From assembly GCA_965112155.1 (NCBI GenBank), contig OZ218103.1: a DNA stretch of 64,000 nucleotides. The stretch is one strand, 5' to 3'. The notes beneath the pieces are model-generated. The model was given only the letters and a program-made list of their open reading frames with translations, did not search any database and was not told the origin of the DNA. The translations under genes and the position numbers were made by a program. Positions 10,726 to 23,949 of this stretch are shown here, one piece after another (positions within the stretch are counted from its first letter, which is position 1; the number at the start of each line of letters is the position of its first letter). The stretch is from Podarcis liolepis. Its lineage: Eukaryota.

Positions 10726-13700
10726 CACATTTCTGCTTAATTATAATAAGTAGAACCCCAAAACTTCCACCGGGACAAATTTGACACCACTGTTTTCTCC
10801 TCGGTTAAAAAGGGGCCACTAATAAGCATCCAGATATGGCATTGGTCTTGGTCCTACCCATTGGTTCATTGGAATATCTGTGGGGCTCCCCTTGCCTCGA
10901 GACATAAAAATCTGCCCCCATGTTTGATGGATTTATGAGCACAGGGGTGGGCAGTCAGGGGTTAATGGAAGAACTGTGCCCTGTGCTCAGCGGTAGCTAA
11001 CAGCCACTAGCTAATAACTTTATGGCTTCAAAGCAAGGCATTTATCATGCTGAAGTTTGTTTATGCACTAGTTATACAGCACATTATGGCAGATCTAAGT
11101 TGGACTGATAAATTCTAGATGACAAGCAAGGCTACTGAATGGGGCTTGCCGAGTCCAAAAGACCAGTAGCTTTTTCCTGAACTCTGCTTCCAAGATAAGA
11201 TTGTTTTCCCTCTCTGTTGTTTAGTGTGCACAAAAGTGCATAAATTTGATGTAAAAGAAGACATGGATAATGTCCAAGACTTTTGCAAACCTCCCGCCTT
11301 GTGAACAAGAGCTAGCAGTGTGTATGGATAGATGTGTGCATATCACACTCATTTTCTGCAATACAGAAGTGGAATTATGTGGCCAGAATAAGTACAAATC
11401 AGGCACAATTGTCCCCCCCAATGTCTCTTATTTATGTCATTTAATCTATGTGGACGAGGGGTTGGGACCAGCCATCAGGAATGTTTGCAAAGAGCAAGTG
11501 TTGAACTCTAAGCCCTTATCACAAAGCATTCCCTAAAGAACCCTTTGGAATTTTGAGCTGGCACTGGCACTTTTTGCATATTTTCAGTTTTCCTATCAGC
11601 ATGCTGACCATAAGTTAAAATCAAACCTGAAATTCCATAAGTGTTAATTCCAAGTATGATTTTGCTTTGCAAGGAGCAATTCTGGCAGAATGGAATATCT
11701 GTGGAATGCTGAAGGAAAAATGTTGGCATATTCTATTTTGGTGGAGACATTCTACATACTGCATTATGACAAACCTAGGATTGCAACCCAGTGTACACTT
11801 TATGTGCACTGTACATACCCAACATGGTACCCTCCATACATTGTTGTATTTCAGTTCTCGCCAACCCCAGCTAGCATGGCCAGTGATCAGGGATGATGGG
11901 GTATAGTCCAGTCTCTGGAGGATGTTGGAACCCCGGGGGGCAACTCAGCTTCCTGAGAGGGGCTTGCATGGTGTTAAAACAGAAACAGAAGGGAATCTCC
12001 AAATTCCCACACAGTCCCAATGCTCTTTGCCTGTGTTGACTTTATATTTGATCTTAGACTGATATTCCTAAGTTGCAGCTTTCACTTCTGGTCTCCCCTT
12101 CACTTCTCTTTTGGATCCTTTTGGGAGAGGTCACCCTTGCTTTGTCTGCCAAGCACAAAGAGGCTATCTCTTTTCATGTCTTAGTCTCATTGGTACATTG
12201 CATTATATGCTTACTAAATTTCCCTGTGATGTATTTACAGAAACAAACATAGGCATAGATATACTTGTCAGTGGCTTAAGTGTGATTTATCATATAAAAG
12301 TGGAGTATAAATAAATAAAGTTAATAAACTGGAATAAACACACTGGCCTGACAAGACAAGGAAGGGAGATCTTGGAAGGTGGATGGAGACATGAATTCTT
12401 GGGCCCCAACAATGGAAGAGGTAAGGCACAGTAGTAGAATGCTCAACACAGGCTCTGCTTCTGTGTGGTGACTGGTGCTGCAAGCAAGATCCACACTTCC
12501 ATTGCGTGTTTATCCAGATGCCCAACAGTTTATGGGGTTCCCGCAGTGACCCATTTGTAGAATGGTTGGATTGTGTAGTCTTCATCTATATCGATGCCAG
12601 TGTACTGATATATGTATCCTGATCTGAAATGTTTTGTGTTAATATTTGTATACATTTGCATGTTCACCCCTGAATTGCCTGATAGTTCCTGCATGTGTGT
12701 TCCTTGGATACATAAATTTGTTCGTTCATGTGGCTGGAGAGGTTTCCCTCCATAGTTGTGTATATGTGTAATGATGTGTATGGTGGGCATCTGAATTATA
12801 TTGTTCTGTGTATTGTGATATGGTTACCTCCTGCTTCATGACTGTGCACATATGTTTGTACATGAACACATAGTCTGCTGTGACAGCGTGGTTACATTGT
12901 GTTCGTGGGTTGGTGTGCAAGTCTTTGTATGTGAGTGCCAGCCCTTGTGGGCTGTAAATCCTGCTGCCCAGCTGAGGAGGTTGAGCGGTTTATTGCTCAA
13001 GGCCAGGCCCATGAATCAGGCAGAGGTGTCGGAAGACGCATTAACTCGTAGCCTTTGCTCAGTTGCTGTGTGGTTCCAGGAGGGGCCCTGGAGGCAGCGA
13101 TTAAAGGCGGCACCTTCCCCTTTCAGTTTTATGGTAAGAGGAAAGCAGTAAATTAGAGGCCCAGAGGCTTTAGGGCAGGCCTCGCCCTGACATTGCTACC
13201 TGCTGCTGCCCTGACAGCAAGCAAGTTAGGCCCAGTCCAGCCCTGGGACAGAGAGCTTTCCAGTGGACTGAGGAGCGAGATCTGTAGTGTGAGAGAGCTG
13301 ATTTGTAACAACTCTCCTTGGATAACTTTGAATTTGGGCCTGTATACAGGTGCATTTTCCAGCACAACAAACATTTATTCTTCTTTACAAGCAAATACAC
13401 ATAACACACAGGCAGTGCCACAAACTCTGTGTGTGGTATATAAGGCCCCAAAGTGTAGAAGTTTCATAACATCGGAATCACCCAGTTGGAAGTAGAAAAG
13501 CTGTACCTGTGAATGTTGACAAAAATTGTGACATGTCTGTGATGTTCACTTTGGGGACCAAGGACAGGGTGAGCTTGAGCAAAAGAATAACTTGAGGACA
13601 AGTAGGGCCTATGCAATTGCTTATACAGTGATGTCCACTTAACCACTTCAGTATCTTTAGTTCTTCCTACAAAGGACTTATTCTCATGTTGCTATTGTTG

Positions 13701-14514
13701 TTAATATTGTACACATATTTTATCCTCGCCTGAGTGTTTTCTCAAGTAATGGAAACCTGACAAGGGGTGCTTGGTCCTCGCCTCTTAGGATAGTTTGCAT
13801 TTCCTGGTTTGCCCATTTCTGCATTCATTTAATGTTGAGAAGCATCGTAGGGAATATGGGAGACACAGGCATGTTGTAAGACTGAGAAAAATAACAGAAA
13901 TTTACAGCCACACATGTAAGAGGTGACACCATACTGTGTGCTTGCCTGCAGGACTGCTCATGATAGTGTTATGCAACACAGTAGAAAGAAATCCATAGGT
14001 GATTAGTGAGTTGTGTGAGGGCATTGTTTGTTGATTGGACATTTATGGGAAATTGGAGTAAGTACAGAGAAGAGGAAAAAGGATGAAAGATGAAGAATGT
14101 TAGACATATCCAGCTGAAGAAAAAAAGTTTACTTTATTTAGCTTGAAACTAACTTCCATTTAATAGAAGTTGCCTTCATTACTTTGCATGTTAAGCCTTT
14201 AGATCAAGCTTCCCTCTTGAAGAATCACTGTGGACTTTGATGTATGCCCTATGAAGAACTCGAGGACTGATTGCTTTATTGTAAAATATGACCCATTATG
14301 TGAGACGCTTATTTAAGAAGAACATGATTGATTCTTTTGTCATCAAAGTTAATTTCTATGAGTCAGTGTCTTAACAAACATATGGTGACTGTTACTGTGC
14401 TGTCACAACTTGTGGCATTGGTGGTGTGGCACAAGGCAGTCTGGAATACCAGTGCAACATCATGGTTCAAACAACGGCTACCTTCAACATTCACAGGGAG
14501 TTGTTTCCAACACT

Positions 14515-14690
14515 GCAGGCATGGAGTTTTGCTCATGCACTGGGATTTCCCCTCCCTCTCTCCTTCAGTCCCCCCCCCCCCCGCCGTCCCCAAATATGCT
14601 CTGGAAGGTCTTCCAACCCTCTGGAGCAGATTTTGAGGGTGCATTGGGGACTGCAGGGGAGAGGAGAAGGGAATTTTTTGTTGCACAGCA
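14515..14690. repeat. Hairpin-forming interspersed repeat (unclassified)
   Basis: Imperfect inverted arms ttcccctccctctctccttcagtcccc..ccaaatatgctctgga / tctggagcagattttga..ggggactgcaggggagaggagaagggaa; related copies occur elsewhere in the window. Confidence 0.6.
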
Positions 14691-14929
14691 GCAGCATTAA
14701 ATATGAAGCAACAGGGATGGAACTAAAGATGCTACTAGAAGCCCAGAGCTGCTGCCACTCAGTAACTCTCCCCACTTCTTGGTAACATCTAGTATAACCT
14801 AACCTTTGACATGGTGTCATCATGTTGCCTGTTTCCTCCCTCTGTCTCCCTGACAGCCAATAATATAATGTAGGAATGGGGATATGCACAACACAATCAC
14901 TTTGAGTTACATAATGTGTTACATTAGAC

Positions 14930-15042
14930 CAGCTTTCCCCAACCTGATGACATCCATGTGTTTTGGACTTCAGCTCCCATCAGCTACAGACAGCACAGTT
15001 GTAGCCTAAAACATCTAAAGGGCATCAGATTGGGGAAGACTG
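14930..15042. mobile_element. Short hairpin hAT (Charlie/URR1-like) MITE
   Basis: Ends cagctttccccaacctgatg / catcagattggggaagactg; core ttggacttcagctcccatc; degenerate 8-bp TSD cattagac/tactagac. Confidence 0.75.
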
Positions 15043-15334
15043 TACTAGACATTGCCAGGAAGAGGGAAGAAAGATGGAGCAGCTGCTGCTCCGTGTCTCT
15101 GATAACGTCTTCCTTGTGCATGACAGTGTGAGGTGAAATATTTGTATGGGGCTTTGCAAGTGTTCCAGTTTTGTCATCCATTTTATCAGGTTGTACCAGA
15201 GGCGTCCCTGGTGCCTGGGTATGTCTTAATACCCCTAGCACCACTGTAAGATGTCTGCCAAGGTAAATGTTTCTTTTTTTTCCTTTTTGTATTGCTTGCC
15301 TTTTGGCCTAGAAAGGCAGCAGCCTCTTTTCCTC

Positions 15335-15435
15335 TGAAACCTTTTTATGACTCCGGGTATAATTAACTCAAGCCATAAAAAATTTTCGAATCCAAATAGA
15401 TATAATTAACATTTAATGTCACCGGGTTTTTTGTG
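15335..15435. promoter_or_regulatory. Candidate homeodomain-site cluster/CNE
   Basis: TTTTATGAC, GCCATAAAA and two copies of TATAATTAAC (15358-15367, 15401-15410) within 100 bp. Confidence 0.35.
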
Positions 15436-17523
15436 GATAGTCAAGACTATTAAGAAGTGAGTATTGATTGAAGAGGTGAAGCAGATGTTTCAGTTATTGG
15501 ATCAGGACATCAGAGGGAAGAGGGAGCCAGGAGGCTGTGCTGGAGCTGATCCAGTGACTCTTCTGTGCCTCCTGGAAGAGATTGGTGTGCTAGGAAAAAG
15601 GCAGAGATTTTGTAAGTATTTTGCAGAACTCCTCCTCTCGTGCACTTGACCTCCTCCTCCTGCTGCTGCATAAGGGAAAGGCAGGGGAAGCAACATCTGG
15701 CTGGTGGCGGCAGCAGCAGCAGCAGGAGGCCAAGCACAAGAGAAGAGGAACCTCCAGCCATTGAAGCTGTGCTGCTGCCACACTCGGCTCCTGCTGCTGT
15801 CCCAACATCACGTGTGCTCCATTGGCCTCCTCTCAATCTTCTGCGCAAATAGGTCCCTCTGCCTTTGAGCATGGTTACCTAAGACTCCTGCTGGCCAGTC
15901 TGTATGTCAAGAAAGTAAACTGCAGAGGTGCTTTTTTCTGAAGTCAAAGCTTGTTTGAGGTATAAATTCAGAAATAGAAAAAAGTGAGCAGTATCTACAT
16001 AGAGTCAAACTACACCCCACAAAGTTTTAGCCATATGTTTCAGTATTGCACCCAATAGTCAAGCAACTGTTTAATCCAACTATGGTAAACCAAAACCAAG
16101 GTTATTCTGGTAAGAAGGTTCTTCGATAAAGGAAGGGGGAAATGGAATTGCTCTTTGGCAACATTGGATAGAATTGCAGATCTAGCCTACAAAATGCCTA
16201 AACTAAATATGACATGTTAGCTGTTGGGGTGCTAGCCTTTGAGGATTGGGGAACTGGAGGAAGTGGTACATTCCAGGAAGGCCTGTACAACATACCCGTC
16301 CTGTGTGTTTGAATTCACTTTAAATTGTCAGAAACCCTTCTTTTAGTTATTAGTTACATTTGTTTCACACACACTCAGTTTTAAAAATGCTGCCAGGAAG
16401 ACTTTAGAGCTGGAGGGCCCATGTATTCCTCAAGATCCATCATAGCACCTCTTATTGGTCATGTCATAACTAAAGTGATCTTGACTGGACAGTTGCTGCT
16501 CATCTCCCACTGGCAGCTGTTTAATACCAATGAATGGTAACAACTAACTGGCATGGGCTGCCAGATATCTTTTCCCTTCCTGGTTCTTATTTAGCTCCCT
16601 AACCCCTGGCCTCAATCCTGACTGATTATGCATCTGTTTTCCCTGGTCATGCAGCATATCTGATTTGAGCCTGACCCCTTGGGCCAAGCCTTGCCTCCTT
16701 GCTAGATCCTAGGGCTCTTTAGATGACATTCTTGGCTGATTCCCCTGCCAGGCCTGCTTGGGAAGTGCCAGGCTGGGTGAGAGAGTGATGGCATGCCATA
16801 TTTTGTGTGCCCCCTGATCCTGGGAGCAAGACTTCCAAGCCCTGGGATTGATTGGGGCTTCTGATGCTGACAGATGACATGAGCACAGGAACATGAGGCA
16901 GGTCAGCAGAGCAGAAACCAGCAAACGCAAAGAAACAGGCTGCATTGAGTTTAATAAATAAAAACAGTGACATGCTGTGCTAGGGCTAGGAGTAGGAGGC
17001 TAGCCCTGCACCAGCAGCTTCTGGCACCCCTCTGCAGCTGACACCAACGTACCAGCTCTGGATTCACCCCAAATGCCCTAGACAGCACAGAGCTGCCTTT
17101 CTCTGCCCACACACAAACTCTGATTGTTTGGAAGCATCTCCTGCCCTGAATGTTTTGTGTTCCTTGTACTGATCAGTGATTATCATGGTAAGGAGGAAGG
17201 AAACACTGTTGGCATCTGTGTGCTAGCATCTCCATAGAATTTATTCACCTTTGCTCACATGTTGAGTTCAAGATACTCAAATTGGTACAGCACTGTAGCT
17301 TTCTGAGTTCTTTAAGTACCCATCTTTCATTTCTCACCTGACCATTGAAAGTAGGAGCCATTCTTGTCCAGTATCCAGAAAAATATAAAAAATGTATACC
17401 AAAAATAATGGGATTGGGCTATTACAACAGAGGACCATTTTCTACTTTTCACACTAGTTGGGAAGACCAGCTGGGTGGACATTTTAGCCAATATAAGGGC
17501 CTCCTCAGATCTTCTTCCTCCCC

Positions 17524-17896
17524 TAATAATAATAATTTATTATTATTTATATGCCACCCATCTGGTTAGGTTTCCCCAGCTACTCTGGGCAACTCCCAAC
17601 AGAATTAAAAACACAAGGAGATATCAAACATTTAAAACTTCTCTAAACAGGGCTGCCTTCAGATGTCTTCTAAAAGTCAGACAGGGTGGGTGCCACTACC
17701 GAGAAGGCCCTCTGCCTGGTTCACTTCTTGCAGGGAGGGAACCGCCAAAAGCCCTCGGAGCTGGACCTCAGAGTCCGGGTTGAATGATGGGGGTGGAGAC
17801 AGTCCTTCAGGTATACTGGGCCGAGACTGTTTAGGGCTTTAAAGGTCAGCACCAACAGTTTGAATTGTTCTCGGAAACGTACTGGGAGCCAATGTA
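17524..17896 (-). mobile_element. L2 LINE 3' end (5'-truncated)
   Basis: AT-rich tail plus gggtgccactaccgagaaggccctc and tttagggctttaaaggtcagcaccaac..actgggagccaatg; the reverse strand encodes the L2 C-terminal HWLPVRFR..FK motif. Confidence 0.88.
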
Positions 17897-19319
17897 CAAG
17901 TCTCTATCCATTTTGATGTGAAGGTGAATTGCAAAGTAAAATTTTGCCTATATGGATTCCAGGACTTATTTTTTAAGGGACAACATCAAGGGGAACTTGG
18001 CAGCAGGGTGGAGACACAAGGCCTTGCACATTTTCTATGTAACCTCAGAAAAACTTCCTGGGAGGCAAAGGAGGCAATTTCAAACAGCCCTTTTGGAAGA
18101 GGATTATAATGTGGAGATACAAAGGGGTGGGAGGCCTCATGAGTCTCTCCCTAATCTAACATGGCAGTGTTGGTGGAGATTACAGATATGAACTTTCCCG
18201 AGGAAGCCCTCTTGGCACAAATGGACATGTAGCCACACTCAGGCAATGTGTTGTCCACCCACACTTGGGGAGGAGAGGCAGAACTGTCCACAACATGGCA
18301 AGATATGCTGCAATTGGAATTGAATCCTAACAATTCTAACTGATGTAATAAAGTGTCAAGTGACTGAATATCTGGCCTTGAAGTTAACTTGATGCATTAA
18401 ACTTACGGTTTGGTCCTAGCAATCCTGTGGGCATATTTTTCCACCTAATCCTGCAGCAATCCATAAATTATGTATGAGGTTGTCCTGTGTTTGTGTGTTT
18501 AATAGAAGTTTTTCAAATTGTAAATTCTAACAGGTAGGTTTTCAGTATTTGATATTTCAGGCTGAGAAATTGGCAAGTACCCCACTTTGCACTTTTGGGA
18601 TAGGGAAGGCATCACAGGGTCACTGTTGGAGAGGGATGAGGGACTCAAGGTGTTATGCACCAAGCTCCTTGAGACCTCTGGCACACTTAAGCGCATGCAC
18701 TGTTCTTCTGACCACTACCAGCCTGCAGACCCTTCAGAGGATGCAGCTCTCATAGTGGAGAAGACTGCCTGGATAGAAGTAGAGTCAAAGCAATACTTCA
18801 CCATGCTACAACTCTCTGTGAACTAGTTGGTGAAAGGCAGTATCTCCCCACTTTTCTTTGGGGTAGCCTTCAAATACTTCAGTTGACAAGGCCTTGTGGG
18901 TATCTGAATGGAGAGGCAACTTGCATTCAGAAAGGATAATTTTGGGGGATTTGGGAACTATCTTCACCAGTGCGTCTGCATTAAGAGATGGATTTTGCAG
19001 CATTTGCTGCTTCCAGGTAAATTCCAGTTCCAGGGTTTCATAAAGTTCCCATTGAAACTGTAGCCAGCAGCAACTGAAATCATATTGCAGTACTTCATCT
19101 AGCAATGTTGCAGTTATCTTTCAGTATATGCTTTTCTCAGCGTAGAACCCTTGCATGTTATAATCGTCTTTGCTATTAACAACGCCTTATTGGCATCCCA
19201 AAGTTACCTGTAGATCTGCAGACATGGCTACACTGCCTCCCCTCTCTCCTGCAATCAGAGTCTGTCTATCTCTACTATAATATCAGCATGTTTCTCCTTA
19301 GAGTTGGATGGAGTTTGAG

Positions 19320-19415
19320 AAGGTTTCAGGCAGGGGTCTCTACGTGCCTACCTGGAGTGAACCTTGGACCTTCTGCATGCAAAGCACCTTCTCTACCACT
19401 GAGCTACCGCCCTTT
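19320..19415 (-). mobile_element. tRNA-derived SINE (Squam3-like), head fragment
   Basis: Reverse complement gtagctcagtggtagagaaggtgctttgcatgcagaaggtccaaggttca. Confidence 0.75.
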
Positions 19416-19827
19416 CCTAAGATTAACTAGATTGCACTGAGTAATTCATGTAAGCCTTTTAGAACTGTCCATTCATGTTTCCTGAATGCTCATTCTTCCT
19501 TTTCTTGCAATTGCGAACTCAGTCTTTTGCTACTTCAAAAATAACCCATGCATCAAGACATGTCAATATGGTGCAGCGTGTCAAATAAAGTGGGGAAAGA
19601 GCCTTAAAATTGGATAGTGATAGGGACAGATTTAATTTCTGCAGAAATCAATTAGCTGGAGAAAACAGGGTGGTGGGTGTGGTGAACAGGTATATAGTGC
19701 AGTGATGCAGATTCAGTTCCTCCTGCTCACCTGTCTATGTTGTAATAGAGTTGGGGTGGAAAGCTGGCCAGGATGAATGTCAGCATGACAGGTGCAAATT
19801 AGTTGTAGGAAGAGTTTATCTTTTTAC

Positions 19828-20307
19828 GTTGTAGTCCTAGACATACTTACCAGTGACATGCAGTTAATTTTTTTCATAGGGGAACAGTTAAGGCCAGAGG
19901 CACCAGCATGCAGGGGGGGACACACAACTTCATGCATGTGATATTGTGAAGTCCTGACATTGTGCATGTGAGCATCGCGCCTCCCTAAGCCTATCAGAAA
20001 CTTCTTGGGCTTTGCAAAGGAGATGCCAGAGCTCTGACAGGAAGCTAGAATCCTCCTGTCTCCTTCCGAAAGCCGATGGGCTTTGGCAAGATGGCAGGAC
20101 AGATCTTGGACCCATCAGAGCCTTGCATCTCCCTCCCTAAGCTGGGCAGAAGCTTCCCGGGCTTTGGGAAGGAGGCACCAGGGGAACCTTTAGGGGACTA
20201 GCCTAGTTCCCTTAGTCCAATGACCGCACTGCACTGATACTTGTCTGTGAATTTCTCACTGAACTCAGTGGGATTTATCATACTGAATAGATATGCATAG
20301 GGTTGCT
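19828..20307. mobile_element. Small palindromic MITE split by a nested hAT element
   Basis: Left half ttgtagtcctagacatactt at 19829-19848; right half ..cactgaactcagtgggattta..gaatagatatgcatagggttgc at 20237-20306; same family as 58427-58506. Confidence 0.55.
19851..20236. mobile_element. Non-autonomous hAT-like element
   Basis: Ends cagtgacatgcagtta / tgaccgcactgcactg; degenerate 8-bp TSD atacttac / atacttgt. Confidence 0.65.
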
Positions 20308-20824
20308 CAGTTAAAAGGTTTTATGCAAAAGCACTCAAAAGGAGAATATTAAATAGTGAAAGACCACAAAATAAGTTGCAGGCTGCATAACCCCCTTGTG
20401 CAAATATCAGCTGCAGCGCATGAAGAAAGCTGCCCTCTTGGATCTTTAACGGTCAGTGGTAATGGTGGGATGAGCTCCTGAAAAGACACAGGTGCAAGAA
20501 CAATGATTGCACAAGTGATCTCCCAATCTGTTGACTTGGCTACACATTGACTGACGTTGAATCAATTGCTGAATAGTCCAGACCACCCTGGCCATGTAGC
20601 AAATCTTAAATTGTCCTAGAGACTTGTACCATGATAGTCACAACTTGCATAGTGAAAACCACTGGTATTTTTCTCAGGATATTTCAAGTTCCCCCAATTC
20701 TGGTCCTCAAGACTGAACAGAGTACTTTTAAAACATATATATTACATATTTGACTGAACACAGTACTGTAGATGATGGCTAGCAGGGCTGGATACAAGTG
20801 CATTGACTAGTTTTTCTTTATCTT

Positions 20825-21250
20825 TAGATTCATTATATCCCTCTTTTTGGCCAAAGTCTTTGAAGTGGCTCACAATGAGACCATCATATAAACTACAGAC
20901 AAGAAAATAAAATACTTATCTTAAAACATAGTTGTTAATACCACTAATGCAACCTTAAAAGTAGGAATTGAAAAACAATAACAAATAATTTTAATTCAGG
21001 GTTCACGAGTTAAACATCAATCCTGTTTGACTCGGGGGGGGGGGAGTGCATGCTGGAAAAGGTGAAGAGAGAAATTCCCTGAGCAAGTTTGGGGTGCCAC
21101 ACCTGAGAAGAACCTAAATCTTATAGCTGTCTGCTGTACACCAGACAGCAAGGACACTTAAAACAGGGTTTTCCGAAATTATATTAAAACACGGGAAGGG
21201 ACATGTGGAGGATATACTCCTCCAGATAGCCAAAACCCAAACTGTTTTAT
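20825..21250 (-). mobile_element. Highly decayed L2 3' fragment
   Basis: Tail pattern ttatatccc..aagtggctcacaa and the body motif ggggtgccacacctgagaaga. Confidence 0.35.
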
Positions 21251-21419
21251 TATCTCAGTTCCCACCTTATTTTGGTCAACATTTCTCATGCTTATTTTAT
21301 CATGCAGCAAACCCCTCTCTATTGCTACTATTTAGCCATTTATTTTCTTATTTTGTATTTGAGGTTTTTGGCCTGTGTTATCATTTTCTTGGAATTTAAT
21401 TTTACATGTCCAGTACTCT

Positions 21420-21558
21420 CAATTTATCAAGAGGGTTTTGAATGTTAATATTTCCTTCCAAAGTGTTCATGGTCCCTTCCAGCTTTGTGTCATCGGCAAC
21501 TTTGATAAGTGTGCTCTACTCTTTTATCCAAGCCATTAATAAAAAGGTTGAATAGCAA
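21420..21558 (-). mobile_element. Ancient CR1/L3 reverse transcriptase fragment
   Basis: With a frameshift, the reverse strand reads LFNLFINGLDK..STLIKVADDTKLEG.MNTLEG, matching CR1 LFNIFINDLD..STLIKFADDTKLGG. Confidence 0.75.
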
Positions 21559-22802
21559 CATGCTTGAGATAATCTAATTACATTACTTTGGGCTGGAATG
21601 CATTCAGGATTAGCTCTTAGCCACTGGGTCACATTCTGTTCCCTCTGCTGGATCAAGCACTTCCTTCAAACTTTGGTTTAAGCTTGCTCCCCTGAAGCCA
21701 GAGATCTGAGTGTGATAGCATAGTCTTGCATTGGTGGAAGATGCAGGATGGCGGGTGAGCTTGTGGGGCAAGGTGCCTGGGGAGCTGTTCATCTAATTCC
21801 AGGAGGAGAAGTGTGTCAGCCTGAGCAAAATTGGCTGGCTGCTGGATTTATTCATTTTCCCTTGTCTCTGCCTTGTGGCAGGTGTTATGCTAAGAGCCTT
21901 CGCCGTACAGCCATCTCGCTAAAGCCCAGGGCGGCTTAGCACTTTAAATGGTTTTGCTGCCACTGCAGTGATCCATGCTTGTCAACAATTTGAGAGCCCT
22001 GGAGAGTGTCCACACAAACAAGATGGTAGAGGAGGAGGAAGCAGCCAGCAGCAAAGCTAAAGCAGGTACAAATGCATCCAGCCTAGACGTGAGGATAAGC
22101 TATTCAGCTTCTCTTATTGTATTTGAAATGTTACTTACCTATGTATGAACTGATTTATATCAGAATCCTAGAAATATCTCTCATCTCTGTGCAAAAGCAT
22201 CTTGCATTTCTTCTTTTCCAATGGCTAAATGTTAAGCACAGAGCCAAGGTTAGGACACTTAAATGCCAACAAGCAAGTAAAATCAAGTTTGAACAATTTC
22301 TGCATTCAATGACCAGCATAGTAGGGGACAACATTTCCACTCACCCCAGTCTTTATTTACAAGACCAGGGCAAGAAATTGTATCCAGGAAGATGATATTT
22401 CCAATTGAAAATATTACCTAGCTACATGACCGGTATGGAATATAGCCAAGCACGCAGACTCCTAAACAAAACAGCCTGAGCTCTTGATGCCCAGGGTGTC
22501 TCATAAAGTTTCTGAAAAATCTAAGTCATTTACACACAGGTGTTTGATGTGGATTCCCAAGGTAGCTAGTTCACTGTATCCAGAAGGAAGTTAAATTTTG
22601 AAACAGTGATCAATACAATTAGATTGGTGTTTGGAGCACTGAAACCTGCTCCCAGAAACGGAATTGCTTCTATGGAAGTACTGTATTAAAGGCATGTTCA
22701 ACCAGGCTGAACCAAAAGTGGTTGGCCTCTGAAGCCAGCTTGTGGTGTTCAAACAGTGTTGTAGATCTTGTTATGTGTTAGCATCAGGTGCTTTATCATT
22801 AA

Positions 22803-22968
22803 TATTTTTATTTATTTACTAAATATCTATACCACCCTTCATCTGAGGATCACAGGGTGGTTTACAACATAAACACACAATAATGCATACCACAATAACA
22901 CAGTACCCCGCCCCCCAGTTTAAAATGCCATAGATTGTTTAATTAGCCAAAGGTATGGGAGAAGAGGT
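22803..22968 (-). mobile_element. L2 3' tail fragment
   Basis: tttatttatt..ctataccacccttcatc..cacagggtggtttacaa..ccaaaggtatgggagaagagg. Confidence 0.6.
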
Positions 22969-23949
22969 GCATAAAAGGAGTCACAATGTGGGCTATACTT
23001 TTCCTTTTATGCTGAAAGCACACAGCTGTTTAAAGATTTTGTAGCCAGCTCCAGTTGCCTGATATTGATGGGAGAATCATGAGACTTCAAAAACAGAGGG
23101 GGTTCTTTGGTTTTTTGTTTCCAAATCATTATCACATGAAAGACCTATGCTTAGTCAAAGACGCTTTGAAGGAACTTTTATTTTATTGACATTTATATCT
23201 TAATACTCATGTTTTAAGGTGTGTGCCCTGCTCTCTTGAAAATGGTTAAATGAATGCATATTTCACTATGAAGACCATGCAGGGAGGGGAAAAAACAAAG
23301 CTACTGACCAAAAGTGCATCTGAGCAGCAAATTGGCCATAAATAATCATACTCTTGACTGATCCTAGCACATGGGTGACAGACAAATTAAGACCATGAGA
23401 TTTTGAGGTGCATGTCAGTAAGCATTGGGTGTAACTCTTGGCTTGGTCAGTGGGTTCCCTCTTGGGTACAAATTGTTCTCACTGGACTAGAATCTGTGGA
23501 GCAAATGGCTAACAATCTATAAGCCACCTGGCCATTACATAGGTATCTAGGCCCTTTTCCATATTTTTATGTTTTGTTTTGCTAGTTCTGCTTGCCATCT
23601 CAGGTGGTGCTGGTGGTAAAACAATCTCCATGAGTCAAGGCAATGGTGCTGTGGCCTGCAGGATACCTAGCGTCATATTCCTCATATCTGGCAGGATTTG
23701 ATATGGTTTCAGTTATCCAGCACAATGGAAAATTGTTAATCATATGACTCTTTCCCATGGAGAGGGAGAAATGACTTTAACAGCATTGGTGGGTTAACGG
23801 CTTGGCCTCGCTGATATGGCAAGGAGTTCAGTTCATGTTTGGTTTTAATAACCATCCCTTATTGCTAGCAAAAAAGATTCAAAGCAAACAGGCAACAGGG
23901 CAGTCAGAAGCCCTGTTGCCTACAACTTTTTCTCCCAGCCCGCCCCATA

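Noticed and set aside
12268-12610. Minus-strand VEHSTTVPYLFHCWGPR faintly resembles the DIRS RNase H motif DNTT..AY.N..GG
   Set aside because: Catalytic residues are absent and surrounding motifs are unconvincing; only a profile search could rescue it
15464-15649. ORF beginning IEEVKQMFQLLDQDIRG resembles an EF-hand entry helix, with a GTAAGT donor near 15612
   Set aside because: The 12-residue loop DQDIRGKREPGG lacks the hydrophobic position 8 and the acidic position 12, there is no polypyrimidine acceptor, and no partner exons are seen; probably chance
18560-19105. Minus-strand 99-aa ORF with a faint RT-like GD..LSP..F wording
   Set aside because: No ordered set of RT motifs could be recovered by eye
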